64,000 bases of DNA from Antedon mediterranea (lineage: Eukaryota; Animalia; Echinodermata). The notes under the pieces were generated by a model. That model saw only the letters and a program-made list of their open reading frames with translations. It did not search any database and was not told where the DNA came from. The translations under genes were made by a program, and so were the position numbers. Shown piece by piece: positions 48,204 to 63,100 of the stretch (position 1 is the first letter of the stretch; every line of letters begins with the position of its first letter). The stretch lies in assembly GCF_964355755.1 (NCBI RefSeq), contig NC_092671.1:26362070-26426069 (forward strand). The letters run 5' to 3'.

Positions 48204-50059
48204 TAAAAAAGATGATGTGCTTATTAAATAATTTAAATAAAAATGATGTCTAAATAATATTACTTTATTATACTAAAACAGACTCAATTTCTGTCACTTT
48301 CGTTTATTTTATTGCTAAGATCATGTCTGGGGGTCACTTCATCAAGCCTAGTTGCTTCAAGTGTCAACAAATTGTATCCTATTTAATTACAAACAATTAC
48401 TATTAATTATATGGACTGTTTTGATAATAATTCAATGATTATCTGACAGCGAATTACAGTATTATAATATCAGTCTAGATTGACAGTCAAATGGTAAATA
48501 CCAGAAATAATGTTTTGATTATTTGACAGTGAATTATTATAAAACTGGCCTATGTTGACAGCAAGAACAAAGTCATTATTTATTGAACAAGATTTTACAG
48601 ATTACTGTCTACATTCGTCTATATAATACTGTATTATCAGTAATTTCTTTCATAGACTCTCTTCTCCCAGACGTGCTTTGGGGTTTTTAATTTTAGCATG
48701 ACTCGTCCTAGTTTACAAATTACCAAAAACGTCGGCCTCTAGAACTATAACTGCTGCTTGCTTTACCTTCTGAATGAGTAGTCCTCTTGAGACGTAGCTG
48801 GCTAAAGCAGCAGCGTGAAAAACATGGACAAAGAACAAGAAAACATCACACAAAACCAGGCAGAGATATATTGCAATATCTTGTATCTTGTAATTCATTT
48901 TGGTGGGAAGTTTACCAACTTAGGATCACCGTAAATCATTCTAAGCCTGAACATCTTCACCAAGCAATGATCAAATCACCACAACATTTGCTATAAACAT
49001 CACATGACTGTAGTCCAACCACCAGCTAACGGTTTCTGGGTTTTGTCCTTCCAATGCAATAAATTTCCTTTTTAAAAAAGTATAAAGAAGTATCAAAATT
49101 CTTTTTTTTTATTGTGTTGTGAATAGATGGATTTTCTACCAGATGAGATCATCTCTATACCCAGTGTAAAGTTATTAAAAGAAAATATAATATAATATAT
49201 AAGGTCAATTATCAAGTATCAAGTTCCATTATCAAGTGTTAAAGCTCAAATGAAATATACAGTTTATTTCTTTCAGTTTACTTAAAATCATGCTTAGGCC
49301 CTCCCCCAGGGGATAACACTTTTCAAATAGAAACCTATTTTCTCATAGAGTTGATTGGCCAACCAATCCAGTCTAATTCTTGAATGTAAAAGCACCACAA
49401 CGCTAGACATAAAAACTGGTTTTCCTTAACCATGTTTCTGGTGGTAGAACAAGTCCTGTCGGATAAGGACTTAAAATTGGAGGTCCAATGTAAACATCTG
49501 GACTGTGTGCACCTTAATTTTTCAGAAAAGTAGGAGGCTGCATTATCACATTTTTTAAAATGACCCAATAGAGTCCTATCCAAAAGAGGGTTGTAGTCTT
49601 ACTACTATGACTAGTAATTATATATGGTAATAACCGTTAATAAATATTTTCAGATATTACTATTGGTGTCAACAATATAGCTGATTGTATTACATAACTT
49701 CCTTTCTCATGTCTATAAAATCGTATGTGTTCTACAAAGCCTTCCAACTTCCATTGTACTGAAAATTGTTTACTTAATATGTTGATCTGGGTTGTTTTTG
49801 TTTCAACCTCATAAATTGACTAATTGAATAATCTTCTTCTACCCCTCTTTCCTTGTCCTTCTTCATCCTGTCTTAGTTCACTTCATCACCTCTTTGTTGT
49901 CTGATATTTCCATCCTATATCTATCTCAATATATCTTTCTCAATTGTCAAAATGTGATTTACTGTACCACTGAAATAAGTTGATTTTCAATCAAACAATC
50001 CCATTGGGGAATATATTCTAATGAGTCTCAGTTTGAATGAAGTCTGTTATTGTTAAACT

Positions 50060-50935
50060 TGAGTTTGAGTCTCAGTTTGAATGACTTTTTACTCTTTGAA
50101 AGAGTTTGAGTCTCAATTTGAGTGACCTTTTTACTCTTTGCAAGAGTTTGAGTCTCAATTTGCGTGACCTTTTTACTCTTTGAAAGAGTTTGAGTCTCAA
50201 TTTGAGTGACCTTTTTACTCTTTGAAAAAGTTTGAGTCTCAATTTGAGTGACCTTTTTACTCTTTAAAAGAGTTTGAGTCTCAATTTGAGTGACCTTTTT
50301 ACTCTTTGCAAGAGTTTGAGTCTCAATTTGAGTGACCTTTTTACTCTTTGAAAGAGTTTGAGTCTCAATTTGAGTGACCTTTTTACTCTTTGAAAGAGTT
50401 TGAGTCTCAATTTGAGTGACCTTTTTACTCTTTGCAAGAGTTTGAGTCTCAATTTGAGTGATCTTTTTACTCTTTGAAAGAGTTTGAGTCTCAATTTGAG
50501 TGACCTTTTTACTCTTTGAAAGAGTTTGAGTCTCAATTTGAGTGACCTTTTTACTCTTTGAAAGAGTTTGAGTCTCAATTTGAGTGACCTTTTTACTCTT
50601 TGAAAGAGTTTGAGTCTCAATTTGAGTGACCTTTTTACTCTTTGAAAGAGTTTGAGTCTCAATTTGAGTGACCTTTTTACTCTTTGAAAGAGTTTTACTC
50701 TAAGTTTGAGTTATTTTTATACTCTTTGCAAGAGTTTAAGTTTGAGGTATTTCTATACTCTTTGCAAGAGTTTGAGTCTAAGTTTGAGGTATTTCTATAC
50801 TCTTTGCAAGAGTTTGAGTCTCAGTTTGAGTGACTTTCTTGTTACTCTTACTGTCAGGTTGACAATTTTAGTAAGGTTTTTAAAATTAAAATTGACTCTT
50901 TTTGAGTCTCAGTTTAACTTACTCTTGCAAAGTCT
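50060..50935. repeat. 42-bp minisatellite (TTGAGTCTCAATTTGAGTGACCTTTTTACTCTTTGAAAGAGT), ~15 regular copies then degenerate
   Basis: Period 42; regular to ~50695. Confidence 0.95.
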
Positions 50936-53382
50936 AATAATTTGAGCAAATATTTTACTTTCCCTATTCTTGCACATTTCTCATCTTTTCTTTCGCCATA
51001 TATTTTCAGCATTAGGCCTATTAGGTGTTTAGTATAAAGTTTCTGTGTTTTGTATGTAAGATATATTGACATTACTTTCACAGAAGTTAATCCTTCTACT
51101 TGAGTCCCACTTGAAGTATAATGTGCATACATGGGTTGTGTAATTAGTAATTGTCTGAAGGGTATTTTAAAGTGATTCAGAGTCCATGGCATTATGACCT
51201 AGCATAAGTTGTGGTTACAAAAGCTAGTTTGTGCAGGGATGATAAACATTTACAAATTACAGTGTGAACAGGGATTTTCCTTAGCAAAATGATAACATTT
51301 ACATTTTAAAAGAAATGACTCTATTGTTTAATAAAAACCACTACAAAAAACATGAAATTACTAAAAATTTTAGAAAAGACTTTTTTTTAGATATAAAATG
51401 TTGAAACACTAACTGTTTCAATAGAAACATGCCTACTGTTCTGTAGGGAGAAAATTAATTTTTATAACCTTTGAAGATTTCAATAACATAATTTTGGTTA
51501 AATGTAAACCAACAACCACAACAGTTGACCACTTGTTAAAAACCATGACTTCTAATATCTCAAATGAAATTTGTCAAGATTGTTTACAAAGGCGTTACAG
51601 GTCAACTTTTAAGTTTCCCACTTGCCATTCCTAAAGTCAAAACACAAGAGATTTGTGTTATTGTAAGAGACCTTGATGAAAACCCCTCCAGGTCATTCCT
51701 TTCAACATTCTGATTAAAGCCTATTTAAAGCACCCCTTGTTGACTTTCAGACCTGGAAAAAATTGGCTAAAAATTGTGATCCCCTCCGGAAAAATAGTTC
51801 CTTTGATTCTTTCTGGAGGTTTGTGTATTGTTTTTTGTTGATGAACGCAGCTGGTTTATACCATAATTCAAAGGTTTATACAGTGAGTATAGGTTGATCA
51901 TTTGATAGCCTCCAATATTTGTACTCTTTTCAGTGGTTATAATACTAGTAGTAGTAGTAGTAGTAGTAGTGGTATGGAATATAGCAGGAAGACATGCACA
52001 TTACAGAGTACCTTAAATAGGTAAGTTTTTAAGCTACAGCAAAGTCTGCAGATTTACATACACTAAATGAAATTGACAGTATTTTTAATAAGAAGACGGT
52101 GTTATGTCCTGTTTGCATTTGTTTGCTGTTGGATTTGTCAGCCTACATGCTTTACAATACAATGTTCTGCAATAATTATTTCTTAATGAAAAATTTCAGT
52201 AGTAAATTTTAGTAGGTTTTTGCAATGTTTATTCTGCACATGAGCTGTGTATGCAAGACGGGTAGTTTAATGCTGTTGCATGTCTTGGAACCTGGTTGGT
52301 TGGGAATTTCATAATTAAAATAATTAAATTAAACCCGAATCCTAGTTTTGCATACTGTAGTTTGTAGTATTTCTGTTCATAGAGTACAGGTACCAACATT
52401 TGATGGATTTAAATTTCTGTAGTATATTAAAAACTCTAGAATTATTTGAGAGAAATATTAATACATTTACAGTTTACACTTACAGTAAGGAGTGTATTTT
52501 GTATTGGACTTTAAATACAGTAGTCTAACCTGCTCAGTACCTGCTAGCTACATACTTGTATCTACCTCCCAAGTATACTGTAGTAGGGTAAAATACTGGA
52601 AATATAAATATTATTTTGAAATTTGATTGCCACAGTATTGTTGCATCTTTTGTTGACTATTTGTTATGCTGACAAATTTGAAGCCTACAATATTATTGAT
52701 AGTTTATTTTGCTCTCTTTAGTTTGTTAGTTTTGCTTATTTGCATTTTAAAATGCACTGGTTGTTTGTTTAATACAATGAATAGGATGATTCCTCAAATA
52801 AATAAATATTTATTTTGGTGGATCAATTTAGATTGTTAGTAAAATTGCAGAATATTATCATAATAGTCTATGATGAGTTGACCTTTATAGCAGTTATGTT
52901 TTAAGAACATTTTGTTAACATCAACATTTCATGCATCAGTTTATACAAAAAATAAATAAATAAAATAGATAAATACAAATGGTTTTAATTGGCCCAGCTG
53001 CTTGTTCTGGAACAATGATCAGTCTCCAAAAATGTTAGTTTAGTTATCATTTGAATGTAATAGGCCAAGCAAAGAAATGCTATATTTTTTGGCTGAGAGG
53101 AAAGAGAAATGGTAGACAGCGCACTCTATATTGATCGTGGATGGCTGGTAAGGCGCTGTGTGCAGAAGTGTATCCAGGATTTTGAAATAGGGAGTCCAGG
53201 GCATTATGGAGAAATAAACCCAGAAATGAACACAGAGGGTGATAAATGGCACTCTCGCAACATAAATTTCAGGATAAAATTGTATTTCTACCGATAAATA
53301 CATTGACATTTTGTGCATGTTACTTTGTTAGATATGCATGTTTTGTGTGGGAACTGTCAATTGTTTGATTGTTCTTCACACA

Positions 53383-53483
53383 GGCCCTGTTTCTTCTGCC
53401 AAATAAATACAGTATTTAATACAGTATTTTATAAATACCGTATATATACAGTATTTTTTGGCAGTTGCTGCAGAAACAGGCCC
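53383..53483. mobile_element. 100-bp Harbinger MITE
   Basis: GGCCCTGTTTCT / AGAAACAGGCCC. Confidence 0.75.
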
Positions 53484-54799
53484 ACTGAGTGGACGGTGAT
53501 TTTTTTTTATTTGCATTCAATGCGTAGTCAGTATACTGGCCTACAAAATAGGATTTTTCTATTTTCTATGAATTAAAAGTGAATTATTATAATATATTCT
53601 TATGAGCGAAAATACATGTCCTACCAGACAAAGCAAAGTATTAAATCACTATTAATATCTTCAATTCATTTGCAACAAAAGAATCCAATCATACAATATT
53701 CCAAATGAATGCAATATTTCTGATTAGGTAAATATTTTTGTTTCTACTTGAATGACCTTATTAACTTTATGATAGCTATTTGTGGATTGCTTGTCATAGC
53801 AACCTTGTTCTTTACTCCCCCATGTTTAGGGATCATCAGAGACTACTGTTGTAGGCTTTATATAGCTGCTGTCACATCTCGTGCAGGTTCGAAATTATCG
53901 GCAGCCGATATCATTTACTTTGACCGTTTTCAAGGCATATGCTTTTTGTTGTGTGTAAACGTACGTATTTGTACAATACTTGAATATTTTTTAATAGAAA
54001 TTTGGCATTTAAAGGCAAAGTGAATTAAAAAAATGTCTTATTTGATTATTAACTACACTGAATAAATATTGTTAAAAAAATGAAACTAAACACTTTTTAT
54101 TTTATGTTATAAAAAATGGGTAGACAGTTTATATATTTCTGTAACAAGTTATTGTTTTTTTCCATACATATTTCTTTTCTATAGTCTTTTACTGTATATC
54201 AAGGATCAATACAATTTCATATCACACACACACACACAAATAAAAAACATTCCAGAGCCACTTGACCAACATTCCACAACACAACAGATTAACTGGAAAG
54301 TGTGTTAATTGGATTAATTCGTTAAAAGCTAATTAATGACTACATTTTATTTTCTTGATGACTTTTTGTTAAGGTACTTGTTCCACTTCAGTGAAAAAAA
54401 TAATGTCAAAGCAATAGGGTTTCCTATCTGATTATAGATTTTAACCTGCAGGTTTTTAGTTATAACCCAAGGTCAGTTGTTTGAGGGTTGCTGATTGGAG
54501 GGGTATAGAGTAGAGGACCAGGTATGGCACATTCCAGTTAATTTTAACACCAGTTGAATGCTGTGGTTTGCATACCTCGCTTTACAATCTACAAGACTGC
54601 TATATGAATATTGTTTTATTCATTTATCTACTCCTTGTTTTATACTCTATACTGAATTATATCTCAATTGTTTGATGTCCTACTGGTTCTGAAACGTGTA
54701 AGTTTTTTTTCTTTAGTAAGTTTTTTTTTTTATAGATTTTTTTGCTTTCGTCATTAGCTATTTTTTTTCGTTTACAAATACTGTAAAAATGTACAAATT

Positions 54800-55813
54800 C
54801 ATAGAGTGATCGGGTACTTACAGAGTGTACCTTGCTATTATTTCATAGAGTAATCGGGTACTTACAGAGTGTGCCTTGCTATTATTTCATAGAGTAATCG
54901 GGTACTTACAGAGTGTACCTTGCTATTATTTCATAGAGTAATCGGGTACTTACAGAGTGTACCTTGCTATTATTTCATAGAGTAATCGGGTACTTACAGA
55001 GTGTACCTTGCTATTATTTCATAGAGTAATTGGGTACTTACAGAGTGTGCCTTGCTATTATTTCATAGAGTAATCGGGTACTTACAGAGTGTACCTTGCT
55101 ATTATTTCATAGAGTAATCGGGTACTTACAGAGTGTACCTTGCTATTATTTCATAGAGTAATTGGGTACTTACAGAGTGTACCTTGCTATTATTTCATAG
55201 AGTAATCGGGTACTTACAGAGTGTGCCTTGCTATTATTTCATAGAGTAATCGGGTACTTACAGAGTGTACCTTGCTATTATTTCATAGAGTAATCGGGTA
55301 CTTACAGAGTGTGCCTTGCTATTATTTCATAGAGTAATCGGGTACTTACAGAGTGTGCCTTGCTATTATTTCATAGAGTAATTGGGTACTTACAGAGTGT
55401 ACCTTGCTATTATTTCATAGAGTAATTGGGTACTTACAGAGTGTGCCTTGCTATTATTTCATAGAGTAATCGGGTACTTACAGAGTGTGCCTTGCTATTA
55501 TTTCATAGAGTAATCGGGTACTTACAGAGTGTGCCTTGCTATTATTTCATAGAGTAATCGGGTACTTACAGAGTGTGCCTTGCTATTATTTCATAGAGTA
55601 ATTGGGTACTTACAGAGTGTACCTTGCTATTATTTCATAGAGTAATTGGGTACTTACAGAGTGTACCTTGCTATTATTTCATAGAGTAATTGGGTACTTA
55701 CAGAGTGTGCCTTGCTATTATTTCATAGAGTAATCGGGTACTTACAGAGTGTACCTTGCTATTATTTCATAGAGTAATTGGGTACTTACAGAGTGTACCT
55801 TGCTATTATTTCA
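54800..55813. repeat. 44-bp minisatellite x23
   Basis: CATAGAGTAATYGGGTACTTACAGAGTGTRCCTTGCTATTATTT. Confidence 0.97.
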
Positions 55814-58800
55814 TTTTCAAGTTTCCCACTTGCCATTCCTAAAGTCAAAACACAAGAGATTTGTGTTATTGTAAGAGACCTTGATGAAAACCCCTCCAGG
55901 TCATTCCTTTCAACATTCTGATTAAAGCCTATTTAAAGCACCCCTTGTTGACTTTCAGACCTGGAAAAAATTGGCTAAAAATTGTGATCCCCTCCGGAAA
56001 AATAGTTCCTTTGATTCTTTCTGGAGGTTTGTGTATTGTTTTTTGTTGATGAACGCAGCTGGTTTATACCATAATTCAAAGGTTTATACAGTGAGTATAG
56101 GTTGATCATTTGATAGCCTCCAATATTTGTACTCTTTTCAGTGGTTATAAATTATAATACTAGTAGTAGTAGTAGTAGTAGTGGTATGGAATATAGCAGG
56201 AAGACATGCACATTACAGAGTACCTTAAATAGGTAAGTTTTTAAGCTACAGCAAAGTCTGCAGATTTACATACACTAAATGAAATTGACAGTATTTTTAA
56301 TAAGAAGACGGTGTTATGTCCTGTTTGCATTTGTTTGCTGTTGGATTTGTCAGCCTACATGCTTTACAATACAATGTTCTGCAATAATTATTTCTTAATG
56401 AAAAATTTCAGTAGTAAATTTTAGTAGGTTTTTGCAATGTTTATTCTGCACATGAGCTGTGTATGCAAGACGGGTAGTTTAATGCTGTTGCATGTCTTGG
56501 AACCTGGTTGGTTGGGAATTTCATAATTAAAATAATTAAATTAAACCCGAATCCTAGTTTTGCATACTGTAGTTTGTAGTATTTCTGTTCATAGAGTACA
56601 GGTACCAACATTTGATGGATTTAAATTTCTGTAGTATATTAAAAACTCTAGAATTATTTGAGAGAAATATTAATACATTTACAGTTTACACTTACAGTAA
56701 GGAGTGTATTTTGTATTGGACTTTAAATACAGTAGTCTAACCTGCTCAGTACCTGCTAGCTACATACTTGTATCTACCTCCCAAGTATACTGTAGTAGGG
56801 TAAAATACTGGAAATATAAATATTATTTTGAAATTTGATTGCCACAGTATTGTTGCATCTTTTGTTGACTATTTGTTATGCTGACAAATTTGAAGCCTAC
56901 AATATTATTGATAGTTTATTTTGCTCTCTTTAGTTTGTTAGTTTTGCTTATTTGCATTTTAAAATGCACTGGTTGTTTGTTTAATACAATGAATAGGATG
57001 ATTCCTCAAATAAATAAATATTTATTTTGGTGGATCAATTTAGATTGTTAGTAAAATTGCAGAATATTATCATAATAGTCTATGATGAGTTGACCTTTAT
57101 AGCAGTTATGTTTTAAGAACATTTTGTTAACATCAACATTTCATGCATCAGTTTATACAAAAAATAAATAAATAAAATAGATAAATACAAATGGTTTTAA
57201 TTGGCCCAGCTGCTTGTTCTGGAACAATGATCAGTCTCCAAAAATGTTAGTTTAGTTATCATTTGAATGTAATAGGCCAAGCAAAGAAATGCTATATTTT
57301 TTGGCTGAGAGGAAAGAGAAATGGTAGACAGCGCACTCTATATTGATCGTGGATGGCTGGTAAGGCGCTGTGTGCAGAAGTGTATCCAGGATTTTGAAAT
57401 AGGGAGTCCAGGGCATTATGGAGAAATAAACCCAGAAATGAACACAGAGGGTGATAAATGGCACTCTCGCAACATAAATTTCAGGATAAAATTGTATTTC
57501 TACCGATAAATACATTGACATTTTGTGCATGTTACTTTGTTAGATATGCATGTTTTGTGTGGGAACTGTCAATTGTTTGATTGTTCTTCACACAGGCCCT
57601 GTTTCTTCTGCCAAATAAATACAGTATTTAATACAGTATTTTATAAATACCGTATATATACAGTATTTTTTGGCAGTTGCTGCAGAAACAGGCCCACTGA
57701 GTGGACGGTGATTTTTTTTTATTTGCATTCAATGCGTAGTCAGTATACTGGCCTACAAAATAGGATTTTTCTATTTTCTATGAATTAAAAGTGAATTATT
57801 ATAATATATTCTTATGAGCGAAAATACATGTCCTACCAGACAAAGCAAAGTATTAAATCACTATTAATATCTTCAATTCATTTGCAACAAAAGAATCCAA
57901 TCATACAATATTCCAAATGAATGCAATATTTCTGATTAGGTAAATATTTTTGTTTCTACTTGAATGACCTTATTAACTTTATGATAGCTATTTGTGGATT
58001 GCTTGTCATAGCAACCTTGTTCTTTACTCCCCCATGTTTAGGGATCATCAGAGACTACTGTTGTAGGCTTTATATAGCTGCTGTCACATCTCGTGCAGGT
58101 TCGAAATTATCGGCAGCCGATATCATTTACTTTGACCGTTTTCAAGGCATATGCTTTTTGTTGTGTGTAAACGTACGTATTTGTACAATACTTGAATATT
58201 TTTTAATAGAAATTTGGCATTTAAAGGCAAAGTGAATTAAAAAAATGTCTTATTTGATTATTAACTACACTGAATAAATATTGTTAAAAAAATGAAACTA
58301 AACACTTTTTATTTTATGTTATAAAAAATGGGTAGACAGTTTATATATTTCTGTAACAAGTTATTGTTTTTTTCCATACATATTTCTTTTCTATAGTCTT
58401 TTACTGTATATCAAGGATCAATACAATTTCATATCACACACACACACACAAATAAAAAACATTCCAGAGCCACTTGACCAACATTCCACAACACAACAGA
58501 TTAACTGGAAAGTGTGTTAATTGGATTAATTCGTTAAAAGCTAATTAATGACTACATTTTATTTTCTTGATGACTTTTTGTTAAGGTACTTGTTCCACTT
58601 CAGTGAAAAAAATAATGTCAAAGCAATAGGGTTTCCTATCTGATTATAGATTTTAACCTGCAGGTTTTTAGTTATAACCCAAGGTCAGTTGTTTGAGGGT
58701 TGCTGATTGGAGGGGTATAGAGTAGAGGACCAGGTATGGCACATTCCAGTTAATTTTAACACCAGTTGAATGCTGTGGTTTGCATACCTCGCTTTACAAT

Positions 58801-60155
58801 CTACAAGACTGCTATATGAATATTGTTTTATTCATTTATCTACTCCTTGTTTTATACTCTATACTGAATTATATCTCAATTGTTTGATGTCCTACTGGTT
58901 CTGAAACGTGTAAGTTTTTTTTCTTTAGTAAGTTTTTTTTTTTATAGATTTTTTTGCTTTCGTCATTAGCTATTTTTTTTCGTTTACAAATACTGTAAAA
59001 ATGTACAAATTCATAGAGTGATCGGGTACTTACAGAGTGTACCTTGCTATTATTTCATAGAGTAATCGGGTACTTACAGAGTGTGCCTTGCTATTATTTC
59101 ATAGAGTAATCGGGTACTTACAGAGTGTACCTTGCTATTATTTCATAGAGTAATCGGGTACTTACAGAGTGTACCTTGCTATTATTTCATAGAGTAATCG
59201 GGTACTTACAGAGTGTACCTTGCTATTATTTCATAGAGTAATTGGGTACTTACAGAGTGTGCCTTGCTATTATTTCATAGAGTAATCGGGTACTTACAGA
59301 GTGTACCTTGCTATTATTTCATAGAGTAATCGGGTACTTACAGAGTGTACCTTGCTATTATTTCATAGAGTAATTGGGTACTTACAGAGTGTACCTTGCT
59401 ATTATTTCATAGAGTAATCGGGTACTTACAGAGTGTGCCTTGCTATTATTTCATAGAGTAATCGGGTACTTACAGAGTGTACCTTGCTATTATTTCATAG
59501 AGTAATCGGGTACTTACAGAGTGTGCCTTGCTATTATTTCATAGAGTAATCGGGTACTTACAGAGTGTGCCTTGCTATTATTTCATAGAGTAATTGGGTA
59601 CTTACAGAGTGTACCTTGCTATTATTTCATAGAGTAATTGGGTACTTACAGAGTGTGCCTTGCTATTATTTCATAGAGTAATCGGGTACTTACAGAGTGT
59701 GCCTTGCTATTATTTCATAGAGTAATCGGGTACTTACAGAGTGTGCCTTGCTATTATTTCATAGAGTAATCGGGTACTTACAGAGTGTGCCTTGCTATTA
59801 TTTCATAGAGTAATTGGGTACTTACAGAGTGTGCCTTGCTATTATTTCATAGAGTAATCGGGTACTTACAGAGTGTGCCTTGCTATTATTTCATAGAGTA
59901 ATCGGGTACTTACAGAGTGTGCCTTGCTATTATTTCATAGAGTAATTGGGTACTTACAGAGTGTACCTTGCTATTATTTCATAGAGTAATTGGGTACTTA
60001 CAGAGTGTACCTTGCTATTATTTCATAGAGTAATTGGGTACTTACAGAGTGTGCCTTGCTATTATTTCATAGAGTAATCGGGTACTTACAGAGTGTACCT
60101 TGCTATTATTTCATAGAGTAATTGGGTACTTACAGAGTGTACCTTGCTATTATTT
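55814..60155 (+). repeat. Tandem segmental duplication, copy 2
   Basis: Matches 51607-55813; runs into the long 44-bp array. Confidence 0.93.
57595..57695. mobile_element. 100-bp Harbinger MITE (duplicated copy)
   Basis: Identical to 53383-53483. Confidence 0.75.
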
Positions 60156-63100
60156 CATAGAGTAATCGGGTACTTACAGAGTGTGCCTTGCTATTATTTC
60201 ATAGAGTAATTGGGTACTTACAGAGTGTGCCTTGCTATTATTTCATAGAGTAATTGGGTACTTACAGAGTGTACCTTGCTATTATTTCATAGAGTAAACG
60301 GGTACTTACAGAGTGTGCCTTGCTATTATTTCATAGAGTAATTGGGTACTTACAGAGTGTACCTTGCTATTATTTCATAGAGTAATCGGGTACTTACAGA
60401 GTGTGCCTTGCTATTATTTCATAGAGTAATCGGGTACTTACAGAGTGTACCTTGCTATTATTTCATAGAGTAATCGGGTACTTACAGAGTGTACCTTGCT
60501 ATTATTTCATAGAGTAATCGGGTACTTACAGAGTGTACCTTGCTATTATTTCATAGAGTAATTGGGTACTTACAGAGTGTGCCTTGCTATTATTTCATAG
60601 AGTAATCGGGTACTTACAGAGTGTGCCTTGCTATTATTTCATAGAGTAATCGGGTACTTACAGAGTGTGCCTTGCTATTATTTCATAGAGTAATCGGGTA
60701 CTTACAGAGTGTGCCTTGCTATTATTTCATAGAGTAATTGGGTACTTACAGAGTGTACCTTGCTATTATTTCATAGAGTAATTGGGTACTTACAGAGTGT
60801 ACCTTGCTATTATTTCATAGAGTAATTGGGTACTTACAGAGTGTGCCTTGCTATTATTTCATAGAGTAATTGGGTACTTACAGAGTGTGCCTTGCTATTA
60901 TTTCATAGAGTAATCGGGTACTTACAGAGTGTGCCTTGCTATTATTTCATAGAGTAATCGGGTACTTACAGAGTGTGCCTTGCTATTATTTCATAGAGTA
61001 ATCGGGTACTTACAGAGTGTGCCTTGCTATTATTTCATAGAGTAATCGGGTACTTACAGAGTGTGCCTTGCTATTATTTCATAGAGTAATCGGGTACTTA
61101 CAGAGTGTGCCTTGCTATTATTTCATAGAGTAATTGGGTACTTACAGAGTGTGCCTTGCTATTATTTCATAGAGTAATTGGGTACTTACAGAGTGTGCCT
61201 TGCTATTATTTCATAGAGTAATCGGGTACTTACAGAGTGTACCTTGCTATTATTTCATAGAGTAATCGGGTACTTACAGAGTGTACCTTGCTATTATTTC
61301 ATAGAGTAATCGGGTACTTACAGAGTGTACCTTGCTATTATTTCATAGAGTAATCGGGTACTTACAGAGTGTACCTTGCTATTATTTCATAGAGTAATCG
61401 GGTACTTACAGAGTGTACCTTGCTATTATTTCATAGAGTAATCGGGTACTTACAGAGTGTGCCTTGCTATTATTTCATAGAGTAATCGGGTACTTACAGA
61501 GTGTGCCTTGCTATTATTTCATAGAGTAATCGGGTACTTACAGAGTGTGCCTTGCTATTATTTCATAGAGTAATCGGGTACTTACAGAGTGTGCCTTGCT
61601 ATTATTTCATAGAGTAATTGGGTACTTACAGAGTGTGCCTTGCTATTATTTCATAGAGTAATTGGGTACTTACAGAGTGTGCCTTGCTATTATTTCATAG
61701 AGTAATCGGGTACTTACAGAGTGTACCTTGCTATTATTTCATAGAGTAATCGGGTACTTACAGAGTGTACCTTGCTATTATTTCATAGAGTAATCGGGTA
61801 CTTACAGAGTGTACCTTGCTATTATTTCATAGAGTAATCGGGTACTTACAGAGTGTACCTTGCTATTATTTCATAGAGTAATCGGGTACTTACAGAGTGT
61901 ACCTTGCTATTATTTCATAGAGTAATCGGGTACTTACAGAGTGTACCTTGCTATTATTTCATAGAGTAATCGGGTACTTACAGAGTGTGCCTTGCTATTA
62001 TTTCATAGAGTAATCGGGTACTTACAGAGTGTGCCTTGCTATTATTTCATAGAGTAATCGGGTACTTACAGAGTGTGCCTTGCTATTATTTCATAGAGTA
62101 ATCGGGTACTTACAGAGTGTGCCTTGCTATTATTTCATAGAGTAATCGGGTACTTACAGAGTGTACCTTGCTATTATTTCATAGAGTAATCGGGTACTTA
62201 CAGAGTGTACCTTGCTATTATTTCATAGAGTAATCGGGTACTTACAGAGTGTACCTTGCTATTATTTCATAGAGTAATCGGGTACTTACAGAGTGTGCCT
62301 TGCTATTATTTCATAGAGTAATCGGGTACTTACAGAGTGTACCTTGCTATTATTTCATAGAGTAATCGGGTACTTACAGAGTGTACCTTGCTATTATTTC
62401 ATAGAGTAATCGGGTACTTACAGAGTGTGCCTTGCTATTATTTCATAGAGTAATCGGGTACTTACAGAGTGTGCCTTGCTATTATTTCATAGAGTAATCG
62501 GGTACTTACAGAGTGTACCTTGCTATTATTTCATAGAGTAATCGGGTACTTACAGAGTGTGCCTTGCTATTATTTCATAGAGTAATTGGGTACTTACAGA
62601 GTGTGCCTTGCTATTATTTCATAGAGTAATCGGGTACTTACAGAGTGTGCCTTGCTATTATTTCATAGAGTAATCGGGTACTTACAGAGTGTACCTTGCT
62701 ATTATTTCATAGAGTAATCGGGTACTTACAGAGTGTGCCTTGCTATTATTTCATAGAGTAATTGGGTACTTACAGAGTGTGCCTTGCTATTATTTCATAG
62801 AGTAATCGGGTACTTACAGAGTGTGCCTTGCTATTATTTCATAGAGTAATCGGGTACTTACAGAGTGTGCCTTGCTATTATTTCATAGAGTAATCGGGTA
62901 CTTACAGAGTGTGCCTTGCTATTATTTCATAGAGTAATCGGGTACTTACAGAGTGTACCTTGCTATTATTTCATAGAGTAATTGGGTACTTACAGAGTGT
63001 GCCTTGCTATTATTTCATAGAGTAATTAGGTACTTACAGAGTGTGCCTTGCTATTATTTCATAGAGTAATTAGGTACTTACAGAGTGTGCCTTGCTATTA

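Larger units (their letters stand above)
51607..55813 (+). repeat. Tandem segmental duplication, copy 1 (~4.2 kb)
   Basis: Near-identical to 55814 onward; identical ORF-track entries offset by 4212. Confidence 0.95.

Noticed and set aside
50264-50662. 132-aa ORF of repeated LKLRLKLFQRVKRS
   Set aside because: By-product of a stop-free 42-bp minisatellite; non-ATG start and no splice or domain support.
53040-58235. Duplicated short ORFs as a tandem gene pair
   Set aside because: No recognisable domain; they overlap MITE fragments and recur only because of the segmental duplication.
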